Positions 33,069-44,201 are shown, numbered from the stretch's first letter. The stretch: DNA of 64,000 nt from an uncultured Acidobacteriota bacterium (GCA_963796275.1 CAWCKY010000006.1:256001-320000); one strand, 5' to 3'. Translations and numbers: made by a program. The notes: generated by a model not told the origin, from the letters alone.

Positions 33069-34445
33069 ATGATTAACGGCTCTGCCCGCGATATGAAACG
33101 AGTAATATTCATTCTTCTTTTGATCTCAATAAGCGCGGTGCTGTTACAAGCGCGCACATCTCTTGTTATGGCAGAAAGTGGGGCTACCGATGCCGGAAAC
33201 GGGTTGGATCCGACTGTGCTGGTCGGAATTTCAGTAATTCTGATCGTCGCCAAGCTGAGCGGAGAACTATTTGAGAGGCTCCGGCAACCGGCCGTTCTGG
33301 GCGAACTCATTGGAGGCATCACCCTCGGCAACCTGGCGCTTTTCGGTATTACGGCCGCCGAGCCGTTAAAGAATCACGAAGTGATCAACGCGCTGGCTGA
33401 GATCGGGGTGATTATTCTGCTGTTTGAAGTTGGACTGGAGTCGAACCTGGGCGAGATGATGGAAGTCGGGTGGTCGTCATTACTGGTCGCCGCGGCGGGT
33501 GTAATCGCCCCTTTTTTGCTGGGTTGGGGCGTGGCTGCCTATTATCTGCCCGGTCAGTCTCAGCTCGGACATATTTTTATCGGTGCGACACTTTGCGCTA
33601 CGAGCGTCGGAATCACAGCGCGCGTCTTGAAGGATCTAGATCGGCTACAGGCGCGTGAATCCCGGATCATACTAGGTGCTGCCGTCATCGATGATGTCCT
33701 GGGATTGTTGGTCTTGGCTGTGGTGGCTGGCGCGATCAGAGCAGCTGCGGTAGGAGTATCCCTTTCGTTTCTCAGCGTTGCGATCATTGCAGCTAAATCC
33801 CTGGTCTTTCTTGCCGGCGCCATTGTCATCGGCCACTACATAGTGCCACATGTTTTTCACGAGACGGGACGATTGGTGAGTCGTGGAGTATTACTGCCAT
33901 TGGCGATTGCCTTCTGTTTTCTTATGTCATGGGTGGCTTCGCTGGTCGAGCTTGCTCCGATTGTCGGCGCATTTGCTGCGGGGCTGGTTCTGGATGAAGC
34001 GCATTTCGAATCATTTCGCGATCAGGGAGAACGCCGGCTGGACGAACTAATCAAACCGGTCAGTACATTATTTGTTCCCATCTTCTTCGTATTGATGGGT
34101 CTCAAAGTAGATCTCCGAGCCTTCGCCAAGCCCGGGTTATTGGGCTTTGCTGCCGTACTGACTGCTGCGGCGGTTGTCGGCAAACAGGTCTGCTCGCTCG
34201 CGGTGCTAGAGCGCCGCATCAATCGGCTTAGTATCGGATTGGGCATGATACCGCGAGGCGAGGTGGGGTTGATTTTCGCGGGCATCGGAGCGACGCTCAA
34301 ATTGCCGAACGAGCAAGGCGTGAGCGAGCCGGTCATTGGTGCGGGGACTTTCGGTGCGCTCGTCATCATGGTCATCGTTACCACGCTTGTTACGCCTCCT
34401 GCGCTCAAGTGGTCGCTACAGGGCTCAAAATCGGTTAAGCAATAG
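33069..34445 (+). CDS. CPA2 cation:proton antiporter (NapA-like)
   Basis: QPAVLGELIGG, LFEVGLE, ATSVGIT, AAVIDDVLG, GMIPRGEVG. Confidence 0.93.
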   Translation: MINGSARDMKRVIFILLLISISAVLLQARTSLVMAESGATDAGNGLDPTVLVGISVILIVAKLSGELFERLRQPAVLGELIGGITLGNLALFGITAAEPLKNHEVINALAEIGVIILLFEVGLESNLGEMMEVGWSSLLVAAAGVIAPFLLGWGVAAYYLPGQSQLGHIFIGATLCATSVGITARVLKDLDRLQARESRIILGAAVIDDVLGLLVLAVVAGAIRAAAVGVSLSFLSVAIIAAKSLVFLAGAIVIGHYIVPHVFHETGRLVSRGVLLPLAIAFCFLMSWVASLVELAPIVGAFAAGLVLDEAHFESFRDQGERRLDELIKPVSTLFVPIFFVLMGLKVDLRAFAKPGLLGFAAVLTAAAVVGKQVCSLAVLERRINRLSIGLGMIPRGEVGLIFAGIGATLKLPNEQGVSEPVIGAGTFGALVIMVIVTTLVTPPALKWSLQGSKSVKQ

Positions 34446-34590
34446 TCGTGATGGTGGCCAGGGGTGGCCAGGGGTGGCGGGGGCGGCCAGGGGTGAAGCC
34501 TTCTCTCTCAAAGACTTTCAGCCTGGATACTGAAGATTGCCCGTCGCTCGACCTCACGCTTCTTTCTCATGCCGTTCGCGCTTATTATTA

Positions 34591-34620
34591 TTGACTTTCT
34601 CTAAAACAAGTTGCTACGAT
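34591..34620 (+). promoter_or_regulatory. Putative sigma-70 promoter of the leader-BNR-TonB operon
   Basis: TTGACT-N18-TACGAT with an extended TG, about 12 nt before the ATG at 34633. Confidence 0.55.
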
Positions 34621-34632
34621 AGCCAACTTTCA

Positions 34633-35070
34633 ATGACCATCATGCTGAAAATCTGGCTGAGGTTACGTGGAGCTGTTCTGGTGGTGGCGCTGGCTCTAGG
34701 TGGGCTCTCTGCGCCTCTCTCGATGGCTTCATGGGAGCCAGATGTCTGCGAGATGGAATGTTGCATTGCGGAAGGCCATTGTTGCTGCGCGACGCGGCAC
34801 GCCTATGTCAAAGGGCGTGAGCCGAAGCCGGGTGATGTCTCTCTCACGATTGAAAGTAGTCTGATCAACGCTTGCCCGGCCACTTGCCCCGCTTCGGGAG
34901 TTTCCGCCAAAAAGAATATACTTCGTGCGGGGCAGGCGCACGCGCCGCTGTTGACGCCGCCATTCAAATCACAAGAGCACTTTCGCATACCGCCTCCGCT
35001 CGATCATCAAATTGCCGCGCGACCTTCCTCTCCCCGCGCACCCCCCGCCTGTGACGGGCTTCTCGCCTGA
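34633..35070 (+). CDS. Cys-rich exported leader protein with C-terminal RAPP arrest motif (DUF2946/CruR-like)
   Basis: Signal/TM segment, CEMECC..GHCCC, CPATC, Pro-rich tail ending SPRAPP. Confidence 0.75.
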   Translation: MTIMLKIWLRLRGAVLVVALALGGLSAPLSMASWEPDVCEMECCIAEGHCCCATRHAYVKGREPKPGDVSLTIESSLINACPATCPASGVSAKKNILRAGQAHAPLLTPPFKSQEHFRIPPPLDHQIAARPSSPRAPPACDGLLA

Positions 35071-35278
35071 ATAACCATCATTGATTCAACCTCGCGCTGA
35101 CTGATGTCGATGAGCGCCTACCCGAGCGACGGGAATAGGCCCGTTTTCGATGCCGCGCCGCTCTCAATTCGATGCCGGTTGCGATCGCACCCGTTCCTTC
35201 GGCATTCAAAGCAGACGAGAGGTCAAGGAGGTTGAATTCGAATGGTCTGATTTCTGTCATATTTCATCGGGAGGGAAA

Positions 35279-36625
35279 ATGAATCGCGGAAATACCGTAA
35301 AAATTTTGACCATCGCAACAGTTGCATGGGCTTTTAGAAAAGCATTGCCGTCGATGGTCGCCATAATGATTGCCGCCCTAAGTATGTTTACAGCTACGGG
35401 GCGCAAGGCAGATCGACAATTCACCTTCGAAACCGAGGGGCGCATTCTGGCGAAAGGAAGTTATCCGCAGCTCGGCGTGCGCGCCTCGGGCGATTTGTTC
35501 CTGTTGCGCCTCAAGGACCGCAATATATGGTTGCAGACGTCTTCCGATGGCGGCGACAGCTTTGACGAAGGTTTGCGAGTCAACGACGGCGGTGAAGTCG
35601 CTTCGCACGCCGAGAACACGCCGCTGATGATTGTGCGCTCCATGCGCGAATTTTACGTACTCTGGACCGCGGCTGACGGCAATCATCACTCCTCGTTGCG
35701 GCTGGCGACATCGACGAATTGGGGTCGGTCCTTCAACAAATCGATTCCAGTTGATCCCTCGGGGACGGCCTCACAGTCGTTCTACACGCTGGGGGTGGGA
35801 CCCGATGGCTCGGTTTACGCGGCTTGGTTGGATGGGCGTGACCGCGGGCAGGGCACGTCCGGTTCTTCCGCGATTTACGTCGCCAGGTCGACCAATCGCG
35901 GCCAGTCGTTCGAAAAAAGCGTGCGGGTCGCACTGAATGTCTGTCCATGCTGCCGTCCGTCGATCGCTTTCACCGATGCCAAGACGATCCACATCGGCTG
36001 GCGAGGAGTAATCGATGATGATATGCGCGACATCTTCGTCGGCACCTCGAAAGACGGCGGCGCCACCTTCTCCGCTCCGATTCGCGTCGCCGAGGACAAC
36101 TGGCGGATCAACGGCTGCCCGCATTCGGGACCGTCGATGGCGACTATGGGCGAGAAGCTGTTTGTAGCCTGGCGAACCGTTATCGACGGCCGTGGCCGCG
36201 TATTCATCGCGTCGTCCACCGATCGCGGCGCGCATTTCGCCCGGAAGGTCGAAGCCGATACAAATCTTCACGATGCCAACCATCCGCAGTTGCAGGCGCT
36301 GGAGGGTTCAGTTGGGCTGGTGTTTCAGGCGCGCGAAGCCTCCGGTGAAAACGGCTGGGGCAAATTCGATGCTTACTTCCGCCAGATCGATCGAGATGAC
36401 TCGCTCTCGCCTCTACAGAGATTGGGGCACGCTGCCGGCAGCGCCACCTATCCCACGATTCTTTTCGAGAACCCCGACCATCTTTTTGTCGCCTGGACCG
36501 AAGGGACTGAAGACGGTCAAAAAGTGATTATGGCTCGAGGCCGCCTGAACGCGCCCAAGTCTGCGAATCACCAACCGCAAGCTGCCGGCGGCGACACTCA
36601 GCGCCCGAACGGGAGAGATCAATGA
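35279..36625 (+). CDS. BNR/Asp-box (sialidase-fold) periplasmic protein with Cys motifs
   Basis: SxDGGxxF repeats, CPCCRP, WRINGCPHSGP. RBS GGAGGG before ATG 35279. Confidence 0.85.
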   Translation: MNRGNTVKILTIATVAWAFRKALPSMVAIMIAALSMFTATGRKADRQFTFETEGRILAKGSYPQLGVRASGDLFLLRLKDRNIWLQTSSDGGDSFDEGLRVNDGGEVASHAENTPLMIVRSMREFYVLWTAADGNHHSSLRLATSTNWGRSFNKSIPVDPSGTASQSFYTLGVGPDGSVYAAWLDGRDRGQGTSGSSAIYVARSTNRGQSFEKSVRVALNVCPCCRPSIAFTDAKTIHIGWRGVIDDDMRDIFVGTSKDGGATFSAPIRVAEDNWRINGCPHSGPSMATMGEKLFVAWRTVIDGRGRVFIASSTDRGAHFARKVEADTNLHDANHPQLQALEGSVGLVFQAREASGENGWGKFDAYFRQIDRDDSLSPLQRLGHAAGSATYPTILFENPDHLFVAWTEGTEDGQKVIMARGRLNAPKSANHQPQAAGGDTQRPNGRDQ

Positions 36626-39600
36626 AAAGCGGTAAATCAATACTCTCCCTGGCCTGTCTGGTTTTATTTGGTATCGTCGTAAATGCCCGGCAAAACACCG
36701 CGGAACTTTCCGGGACCCTGACCGATTCCGCCGGGGCAGTGCTGATCGGCGCGCGGGTCAGTGTCAGGCAGCCTTTGACGGGCTTTTCGCGCGATACTCA
36801 TACCAACACCGCCGGCCTGTACACGTTCACCCAGCTTCCTCTGGGAGTTTATACCGTGACTGTTTCTCAAACCGGGTTCCAGACCGAAATCCGTGAAGGC
36901 AACGAACTCACCGTAGGGCAAAAGGCGCGGCTCGATTTCAAGCTGCGCGTGGGATCGCTCAGTTCAGAAGCCGTGGTTACGTCGGGCGCCACACAGGTGG
37001 AAACGCAGAGCGCGTCGCTTTCCAGCGTCATGGACAAAGATTCGATCCGCGAACTGCCGCTCAATGGGCGCGATATCGTCCAGCTCGCGTTGCTCAAACC
37101 TGGGGTGGCCCCTTCGCGCCGCACCTCGGATTCGGCGGGCAGCGGCGTCCAGCTATCGGTCGGAGGCAGGCGTCCCAATCAGATAAGTTTTGTGCTGGAT
37201 CAAACGGATATCAACGACGGCAACAACAACACGCCCGGCAGCGTCTCGGGCGTTCTGCTTGGCGTGGAAACTCTGAGGGAATTTCGCGTGCTGACCAACG
37301 GTTACAGCGCCGAATACGGGCGGAGCGCGGGCGGCGTAATCAGCGCCGTAACACGCTCCGGCGACAACCAGTGGCACGGTTCGGCTTTCGAGTTCGCGCG
37401 TAATAGTGCCTTCGATGCGAAAAACTTCTTCGATCCGGCCGAGCAAAAGATTCCGCATTTCGCCCGCAATCAGTTCGGGGGCGTCCTCAGTGGACCGATT
37501 ATGCGGGACCGGACTTTTTTCCTGGCCAGTTACGAAGGTCTGCGGCAGCGGCTGGGAATCACAAATCAGGCCGTCGTGCCCAATACCGCCGCTCGCAACG
37601 GGAAATCACGGTCAATCCTGCGGTAACCGGATATTTGAATCTGATCCCGTTACCCAACGGGCGCGACTTTGGCGATGGAACGGGACAGTACATCTCCTCT
37701 GCTTCCAATCTGGATGACGAAGATTTCGTCGCCGGACGCGTTGATCATCGTTTTTCGGAGAGGACCTCGATTTTCGGGCGTTTCACATTCAACAACGCGA
37801 GAGTTCAAATCCCGGATAACATGCAGCTATTCAGCTCCGGCACGACATCGCGTAATCAGTACGCGACGGTGCAATTGACTCGCATCTTCAATGAGCGACT
37901 GCTCAACAACGTGCGCTTCAGTTATAACCGGTCTACCAATCGAACGACCCCTGAGGCCCTGCGCAGCATCGACCCGGCGCTTTCTTTCTTTCCCGGCCAG
38001 CCGTTGGGGCAGATCAGCGTCACGGGATTTTTTTCGCTGGGGCCCAGCCGCTTCGGGCCGAGCTTCAACGAGTTGAATCTTTTTCAACTAGGCGACGATC
38101 TCTCCTGGGTCGTCGGCCGCCACTCGCTCAAAATAGGGTTCGACCATCGCGAGATATATCTGCCAACCAGCCGTCCACAGTCGCCATACGGTTTTTACCA
38201 GTTCAACTCGCTGGCCAATTTCTTGGAGGCGATACCGGCCCAGGTCGAGCTGGCGCTGCCGGGGTCCGAGGTCGTGCGCCGTTGGCGTCAATCGATGACG
38301 GCGGCTTATGTTCAGGACGATTTCCGGCTCGCGCGCCGGCTGACATTGAACGCCGGGCTGCGTTATGAGCGCACCAGCGTTCCGCATGAAATGGATGGGT
38401 TGGAAGCGAACGTTCGCAACCCGCTGACAGACACTACTACGACGGTCGGCCAGCTTTACCGTAACCCATCGAATCTGAACTTCGCCCCCCGCGTCGGATT
38501 GGCCTGGGATCCGTTGGGTGACGGCAAGACCAGCGTGCGCGCCGGTTTTGGCGTCTTCTTCGATCCGTTGTGGACGGACTTTTACGCTAACGCCGCGAAC
38601 CGTACGCCGCCCTTTTACACGCTGGGCAGCGTTCGCAACCCGGTATTCCCGAACGCGTCGGCCGTGACTTCGAGCCCAAATTTCGTGCTCGGGCGCCAGG
38701 ACACGCTGATATTTGATCCAGCGAATCCTTATTCACTGCATACCAACTTCAGCCTACAACGCGAGGTGGTGAAAGGCGGAACGTTGACCGTCGCCTTTGT
38801 CAGACAGCGCGGGCTGCACGAGGTTCGCCTGGTTGATCACAATCAAGCGATCCCAACCATCCTGGCGGACGGCCGTAAATTCTTCCCGGAAAATTCCGTC
38901 GTCAGAAACCCGAATTTCTCGGGCATCCGGCATAAAACGACGGACGGCCAATCTTCTTACAACGCCCTGCAGACTTCGTTCGAGTATCGTCGTAGCAGGT
39001 ACATTTCGTTTCACGCCAGCTACACCTGGTCGAAGGCGATCGACGACGGATCGATCGTCACCACGCAGGGTGGCGACAACGACCTGCCGCAGGACCCGGA
39101 CAGCCGCGGCGCCGAACGCGGCCTTTCCAATTACGACCTGCGCCATTACTTTGTCAGTTACTTGACTACGGAACTGCCGCGTTTCGGTGGGCCGGAATGG
39201 CTGACCGCCGGCTGGCAATTCAACGCAATAGCCAGTCTGGCCTCAGGCAATCCATTTTCCGTTGTAGTCGGTTTCGATCGGGCGAGGGCCCGTTTCCAGG
39301 GTGGAACTTCGCCGCAGCGCCCCGACCTTGCGGCCGGCCACAGCGGCAATCCGATTTTGGGCGGGCCCCGTCAATACTTCGACCCGGCGGCATTCGTGCT
39401 GCCAGCGGCGGGATTTTACGGGACTCTGGGGCGGAACACGCTGATCGGGCCGGGACTGATCGCGCTTGACCTGGCTGTGAACAAAACGTTCCATTTGCGC
39501 GAACGGCTCAATTTGCAATTTCGCACCGAAGTCTTCAATTCGCTCAATCACCCGAACTTTTCGATTCCCAGCCAGCGCACGGTTTTCTCGGGCGTCGATA

Positions 39601-39698
39601 TTTCGGGCACCAGTATTAAGGTCGGGAGCGCTGGTTTTATCACCACGACGAGAACATCGTCGCGTCAGCTCCAGTTCGGTCTGAAATTGACATTCTGA
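36622..39698 (+). CDS. TonB-dependent receptor (Oar-like, carboxypeptidase-regulatory N-domain), frameshifted near 37602
   Basis: LPLNGR, YSAEYGRSAGG, RNQFGG, NFAPRVGLAWD, terminal RQLQFGLKLTF. Overlaps the stop of the previous gene. Confidence 0.92.
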
Positions 39699-39789
39699 TT
39701 TCCCGTTATATCATTCGACGCGATGGCATCGGTGTGGATTACCGCTCCTCGCTACGCGCTCTACCACGAGCTCTTTTCGATATATATCT

Positions 39790-39817
39790 GACGGAGGCAA
39801 AATCGATCGCCTCCGTC
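39790..39817 (+). terminator. Hairpin after the TonB receptor gene
   Basis: GACGGAGGC-N10-GCCTCCGTC with AT-rich flanks. Confidence 0.5.
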
Positions 39818-40092
39818 TATATTCATGGCTTTCAATTTATACAAATGAATCAGTCGAGCGGATGGCGATGGTGATTACGAGACTCGATATTAAAATCCAA
39901 GTTACCCATGTTACTCATTTCATTCTCAACATTCTCCATCCGATACATTTCAAGGTTTCCAGGAAATATCATGGGTTCCATTATCTGCCTTGACGCGCCC
40001 GATTGAACCTTAGCTGCTCCTACCACTTCATATATAACTAAAGATCAAAATCGGACAACGTTTTATCCGAACCGGCCGGCAGACAGCGCGTT

Positions 40093-40107
40093 TGGCTTGA
40101 AGTTTGC
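40093..40107 (+). promoter_or_regulatory. Putative sigma-54 promoter
   Basis: TGGCTTGAAGTTTGC (TGGC-N7-TTGC) upstream of the lipoprotein gene. Confidence 0.5.
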
Positions 40108-40346
40108 AGATAAAACCGAAGTGAAATTGGTTATGCGATTTGCAACGCGTACCAGGATTATCAAACGAAGTTTGTTTGTGTTCAATATCCTGTGGCCGCA
40201 AACAGTGAGCGTGCTGACTGCCGGAGATGAAATATGAATGTGTTCATCCGTGGTGGCAGCGATGCACGCTGGTTGTCCGGCAGACAGGGTTTTTTTATGC
40301 GCATCAAATGCGCGTACTCACGGCCAAATCTTCAGAGGAAACAATT

Positions 40347-41087
40347 ATGAATAGAAAATTGACGTTTATAGCGTGCGCGATCTCATTGAGCTTCGCTGCT
40401 GCATGTGGCGGCGAAAGGACGAGTTCAACCGGAACACCCACCCCTATCGTTGCCAGCGCGACGATCACTCCGGCAGCAACGGCCACAGTAGGCGTGACCG
40501 AAACGGGCAGGAAGGTCGGATTACATCCCAAACAAAAGCCGCATCAGGCTGTCATCACCAAAGGGAAGGCCCCCGTGCCTCCTGCCGGCGCGAAGAAAAC
40601 AAATACTATCGGCAAGGGTAAGCTTGCGGTGAAGACCGACAATTCGGCAGCCGACACTGATTCTTTCTGGGTTGAAGAGCTTGATATAAACGGCGATGGC
40701 GAAATGGAGGAGACCGATCTGCTCTACGATGACGAGGACAAAGTGCTGTATCTCTATGCCGAGACAGACTTCGCCTGCGCGGATGGCCAGAACGATGGGC
40801 GCGGTTCGATGCTGATTGCTATAAACGGCCAGGGAAATACGCGCAATAGACCCGCCGGCTCCGGTTGGTATATGGTGGAACTCGATGCGGGTGAATGTGC
40901 CGCACAGACGGCGGCGCTGTGGGGCTGCAAGTTTGACGCGAATGGTAATCGTACCGCATGCGGATTGGCCCAGATGGAAGTAGTCCAAGACGACATCATT
41001 ATCGTCGAGCCGGACAGAAGCGCTACCACAAGTGCAAGCGGCAGTCCGACCGCTTCACCGAGAGCGACGGCAACAGCCAGGCCGTAA
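40347..41087 (+). CDS. Lipoprotein of unknown function
   Basis: GAGG RBS, lipobox FAAAC, Thr/Pro linker, acidic DINGDG motif, 4 Cys in the globular domain. Confidence 0.75.
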   Translation: MNRKLTFIACAISLSFAAACGGERTSSTGTPTPIVASATITPAATATVGVTETGRKVGLHPKQKPHQAVITKGKAPVPPAGAKKTNTIGKGKLAVKTDNSAADTDSFWVEELDINGDGEMEETDLLYDDEDKVLYLYAETDFACADGQNDGRGSMLIAINGQGNTRNRPAGSGWYMVELDAGECAAQTAALWGCKFDANGNRTACGLAQMEVVQDDIIIVEPDRSATTSASGSPTASPRATATARP

Positions 41088-41537
41088 TGAAAGGTCGAAC
41101 AACACGAACGATCTTGGTAACTCGAAATCCCGGCCGGCAGTTGCGGAGCGGACGCGCGTTTTACGCATTATGATCGCTGATATCACTCCTCGAAACCTGA
41201 CATCGATAGCGATCCGTTCTTCGTCAGCGACACATCGATCCCAACGATAACTCGGTTTCGGATATCCGAACCCGGCACGAAGGGTGGGGGCTCCATTACG
41301 CGGAGAAAACCCCGGCGGGGGGAGTAAACTGCCGGGCGCGAGTTCCGACGACATGACGCACAAACTCGCAATGGTGGGAGATACGAGGCCACAAGTCTTA
41401 CGTGAACTGAATGGAGATCGACATGGCGATCGCGGACGATGGCGAATTATACCAGCCGGAAGAGGGCTTAACGCCCGCGATGGCGATTCAAAAGAGATGG
41501 AGCCAGTCTCCGCGACCGCAAGCAGATAAGGCATGCT

Positions 41538-43916
41538 ATGAAGCAACAATTACATCAGATGCTCCAATCACGGCAACAGAAGAGGTCTCCTGATGAGGTC
41601 AGAGCAATCGCAAGAGAGGCGATGATATTCGCCTACGCGATGCTGTACAACTATAAGACAATGTATGCGCACACGCAGGACTATCTGTCTACTGCGTACA
41701 CGGGCGGCTTCAACCGCTTCCGCCACTACGCGCACGCATACACGCCGGCAAACACCGATATCCCCACGCCGAACATCGACACTTCATATTCCTGGGCGTG
41801 GCTAGATGTACGACTTGAGCCGGTAGTGTTGCGTGTGCCAGCCGTCACGCGCGACCGCTATATTGTGTTTCAGCTCTTCGACCTCTTCACTTATAACTTC
41901 GCATACATCGGCGTCCGGTCTACCGGGTACGATGCGGGTAACTATTTAATCGCGGGGCCGAAGTGGAACGGAGCAACTCCGGAAGGAATCGGACGAGTCA
42001 TACGGTCCGAGACCGAAATAATCGGCATGCTGGTCCGCACTTCGCTCAACGGCGCGTCAGACCTCCCAAACGTCCGGGCGCTGCAGATGAGTTACATCAT
42101 TCAGCCACTTTCTGAATTCGCCGCCGCCGTTCCTCCGCAGCCTGCACCGGCCATCAGTTTCCCGGAATGGGATGAGAGGCTCGCGCTATCTGGTGCGTTC
42201 ATCGGGTATCTGAATTTCCTGCTCCAATTCGTCTCTCCACACCCATCCGAGGCTGAGTTGTATTGCCGCTTTGCTCGCATTGGCATTGACCCGGGGCGCC
42301 CGTTCCGGCCGGCCGAGACGCCGGCTGAGGTGCTAAACGCAATCGAAGAGGGCGCTGCAGCGGGTCTTAGGGAGATAGACGAGGAGAGCGCGCGGACGAC
42401 GAGTTCACGTGAACTATTCGGCACGCGCGAGTTTCTACAGAATAATTACCTGAGGCGCGCGGTGGCCGCAAAATTGGGCATCTACGGCAACTCTATCGAG
42501 GAGGCGGTCTATGGGCGAGCGCATGCCGACGCCGATGGCAATTTGCTTTCCGGCGCCAATCGCTATGTCTGGCGCTTCGAGCGCCACCAGATACCGCCAG
42601 TTAACTTCTTCTGGTCGGCTACGATGTACCGGCTGCCGGAGCGCTTTCTGATAGCGAACCCGATTGACCGCTATTCGATTGGCGACCGCACGCCGGGACT
42701 CGTATATGGCGCGGATGGGTCGCTTGAGATCTGCCTGCAGCAAGACGATCCGGATGACAACGCGCAGCGCGCAAATTGGCTTCCCACACCGGCCGGACCT
42801 TTCGAAGTCATCGTTCGGCTGTACGGGCCGAAAAACGCGGTATTGTCGGGCAGATGGAAATTGCCGCCTGTTCGCGTGATGGGGACAGAGTCGCCATATC
42901 GACCATACGGGCGAATAGTAATGAGCGAGCCCTTTTCAGAGACGAGAAGCGCAACGATGCCCGATGATCTGCTCGTTTCGTGGAATGACGGTGCAACCAA
43001 GCGCGCCATTATGGATTTTATCGCGCGCGTTACCAGGGAAGGTTCGCCGGATTATGTCCCGCCAGATGCGCGTATCGCGGTCTTTGACAACGACGGCACG
43101 CTTTGGTGCGAAAAGCCGATACCCATCGAGTTCTGCTTCATCTTGCAAAGGCTGGCCGCCATGGCCGATCAGGACGCCAGCTTGCGCAATCGGCAACCAT
43201 GGAAGGCCTCCTTCGACAAAGACTTCGCCTGGCTGAACAATGCTATTACCATGCACAATCGCGGCGACGACAGCGACTTGAAACTTCTCGTCAGTGCTAT
43301 CCTGAGCGCCTTCGCAGGCCAAACTGTCGAAGCGTACGAGGCTGCCGCCCATATTTTCCTGCATAGCGTACGGCATCCGTCTCTCGGATGTCTCTTCCGT
43401 GACTGTAGCTATCTGCCGATGATCGAGCTGGTGCGATATCTGGAGGCGAATGCCTTTTCTACATTCGTCACTTCCGGCGGCGATCGAGACTTCATGAAGA
43501 CACTGATACCTGATATCTACGGCATTCCCGCTGAACGCGTCCTCGGGAACTCCAGCGTGCTGCGTTTCCACAAAGGCAAGCGCGCCAACTCCGCCGTATT
43601 TCGACAGGAATCGGTCATTTTCGACGACGGCCCCGCCAATCCGGTGCGCATCTGGAGCCGGATCGGTCGCCGCCCGATTCTTGCCGTGGGGAATGCGAAC
43701 GGCGACATTCCTATGCTGTCTTTCTGTGCGCATCCGCCCGGACCTTCCCTGAGTCTGCTGGTCAATCATGACGACGAGAACCGGGAATTTGCATACCTGG
43801 CCGGAGCCGAAAAATCGCACGAACGCTCCCGCAGGGATGGGTGGACCGAGGTCAGCATCAAAAACGATTGGAAGACTGTTTTTTCAAATATCGCTTATAA
43901 AAAGGTGAGTGTCTGA
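41538..43916 (+). CDS. DUF1254-DUF1214 protein fused to a HAD-family phosphatase
   Basis: TPNIDTSYS, FFWSATMY, NWLP..RLYGP, then SWNDG, AVFDNDGTLWCEKP, SGGDRDF, GNANGD. Confidence 0.88.
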   Translation: MKQQLHQMLQSRQQKRSPDEVRAIAREAMIFAYAMLYNYKTMYAHTQDYLSTAYTGGFNRFRHYAHAYTPANTDIPTPNIDTSYSWAWLDVRLEPVVLRVPAVTRDRYIVFQLFDLFTYNFAYIGVRSTGYDAGNYLIAGPKWNGATPEGIGRVIRSETEIIGMLVRTSLNGASDLPNVRALQMSYIIQPLSEFAAAVPPQPAPAISFPEWDERLALSGAFIGYLNFLLQFVSPHPSEAELYCRFARIGIDPGRPFRPAETPAEVLNAIEEGAAAGLREIDEESARTTSSRELFGTREFLQNNYLRRAVAAKLGIYGNSIEEAVYGRAHADADGNLLSGANRYVWRFERHQIPPVNFFWSATMYRLPERFLIANPIDRYSIGDRTPGLVYGADGSLEICLQQDDPDDNAQRANWLPTPAGPFEVIVRLYGPKNAVLSGRWKLPPVRVMGTESPYRPYGRIVMSEPFSETRSATMPDDLLVSWNDGATKRAIMDFIARVTREGSPDYVPPDARIAVFDNDGTLWCEKPIPIEFCFILQRLAAMADQDASLRNRQPWKASFDKDFAWLNNAITMHNRGDDSDLKLLVSAILSAFAGQTVEAYEAAAHIFLHSVRHPSLGCLFRDCSYLPMIELVRYLEANAFSTFVTSGGDRDFMKTLIPDIYGIPAERVLGNSSVLRFHKGKRANSAVFRQESVIFDDGPANPVRIWSRIGRRPILAVGNANGDIPMLSFCAHPPGPSLSLLVNHDDENREFAYLAGAEKSHERSRRDGWTEVSIKNDWKTVFSNIAYKKVSV

Positions 43917-44201
43917 TCGCATATTTTCGATCGCTGAAGCGCTCAGATATGAGTCAAAAACTGGCAGTATGCCGCGGCTTCCCGCGCATCGGTTACCCGT
44001 GCTAACATCATGCACTCCCAAATTTTACTCTTGCATTATCACCCGGCGAACAACCTACCACCCGGTCTGGATAGTCAGTCCTATGGCCTCCGAGATGAAC
44101 CGGAGGAGCGTCATGGGTCAGGCAAATAGGAAGGACGGCGTCCGTACAACCACACTGATGAACGTCCGATTAGTCATAAGGTCAAAAGTTATTAGACTAA
44201 A

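Noticed and set aside
35150-35278. N-terminal extension of the BNR protein
   Set aside because: The RBS and signal peptide fit ATG 35279, and the upstream region looks like structured non-coding RNA.
42936-43820. 294-aa antisense ORF (similarly 48219..48989, 57916..58776, 47258..47866)
   Set aside because: These lie opposite well-supported genes in GC-rich DNA.
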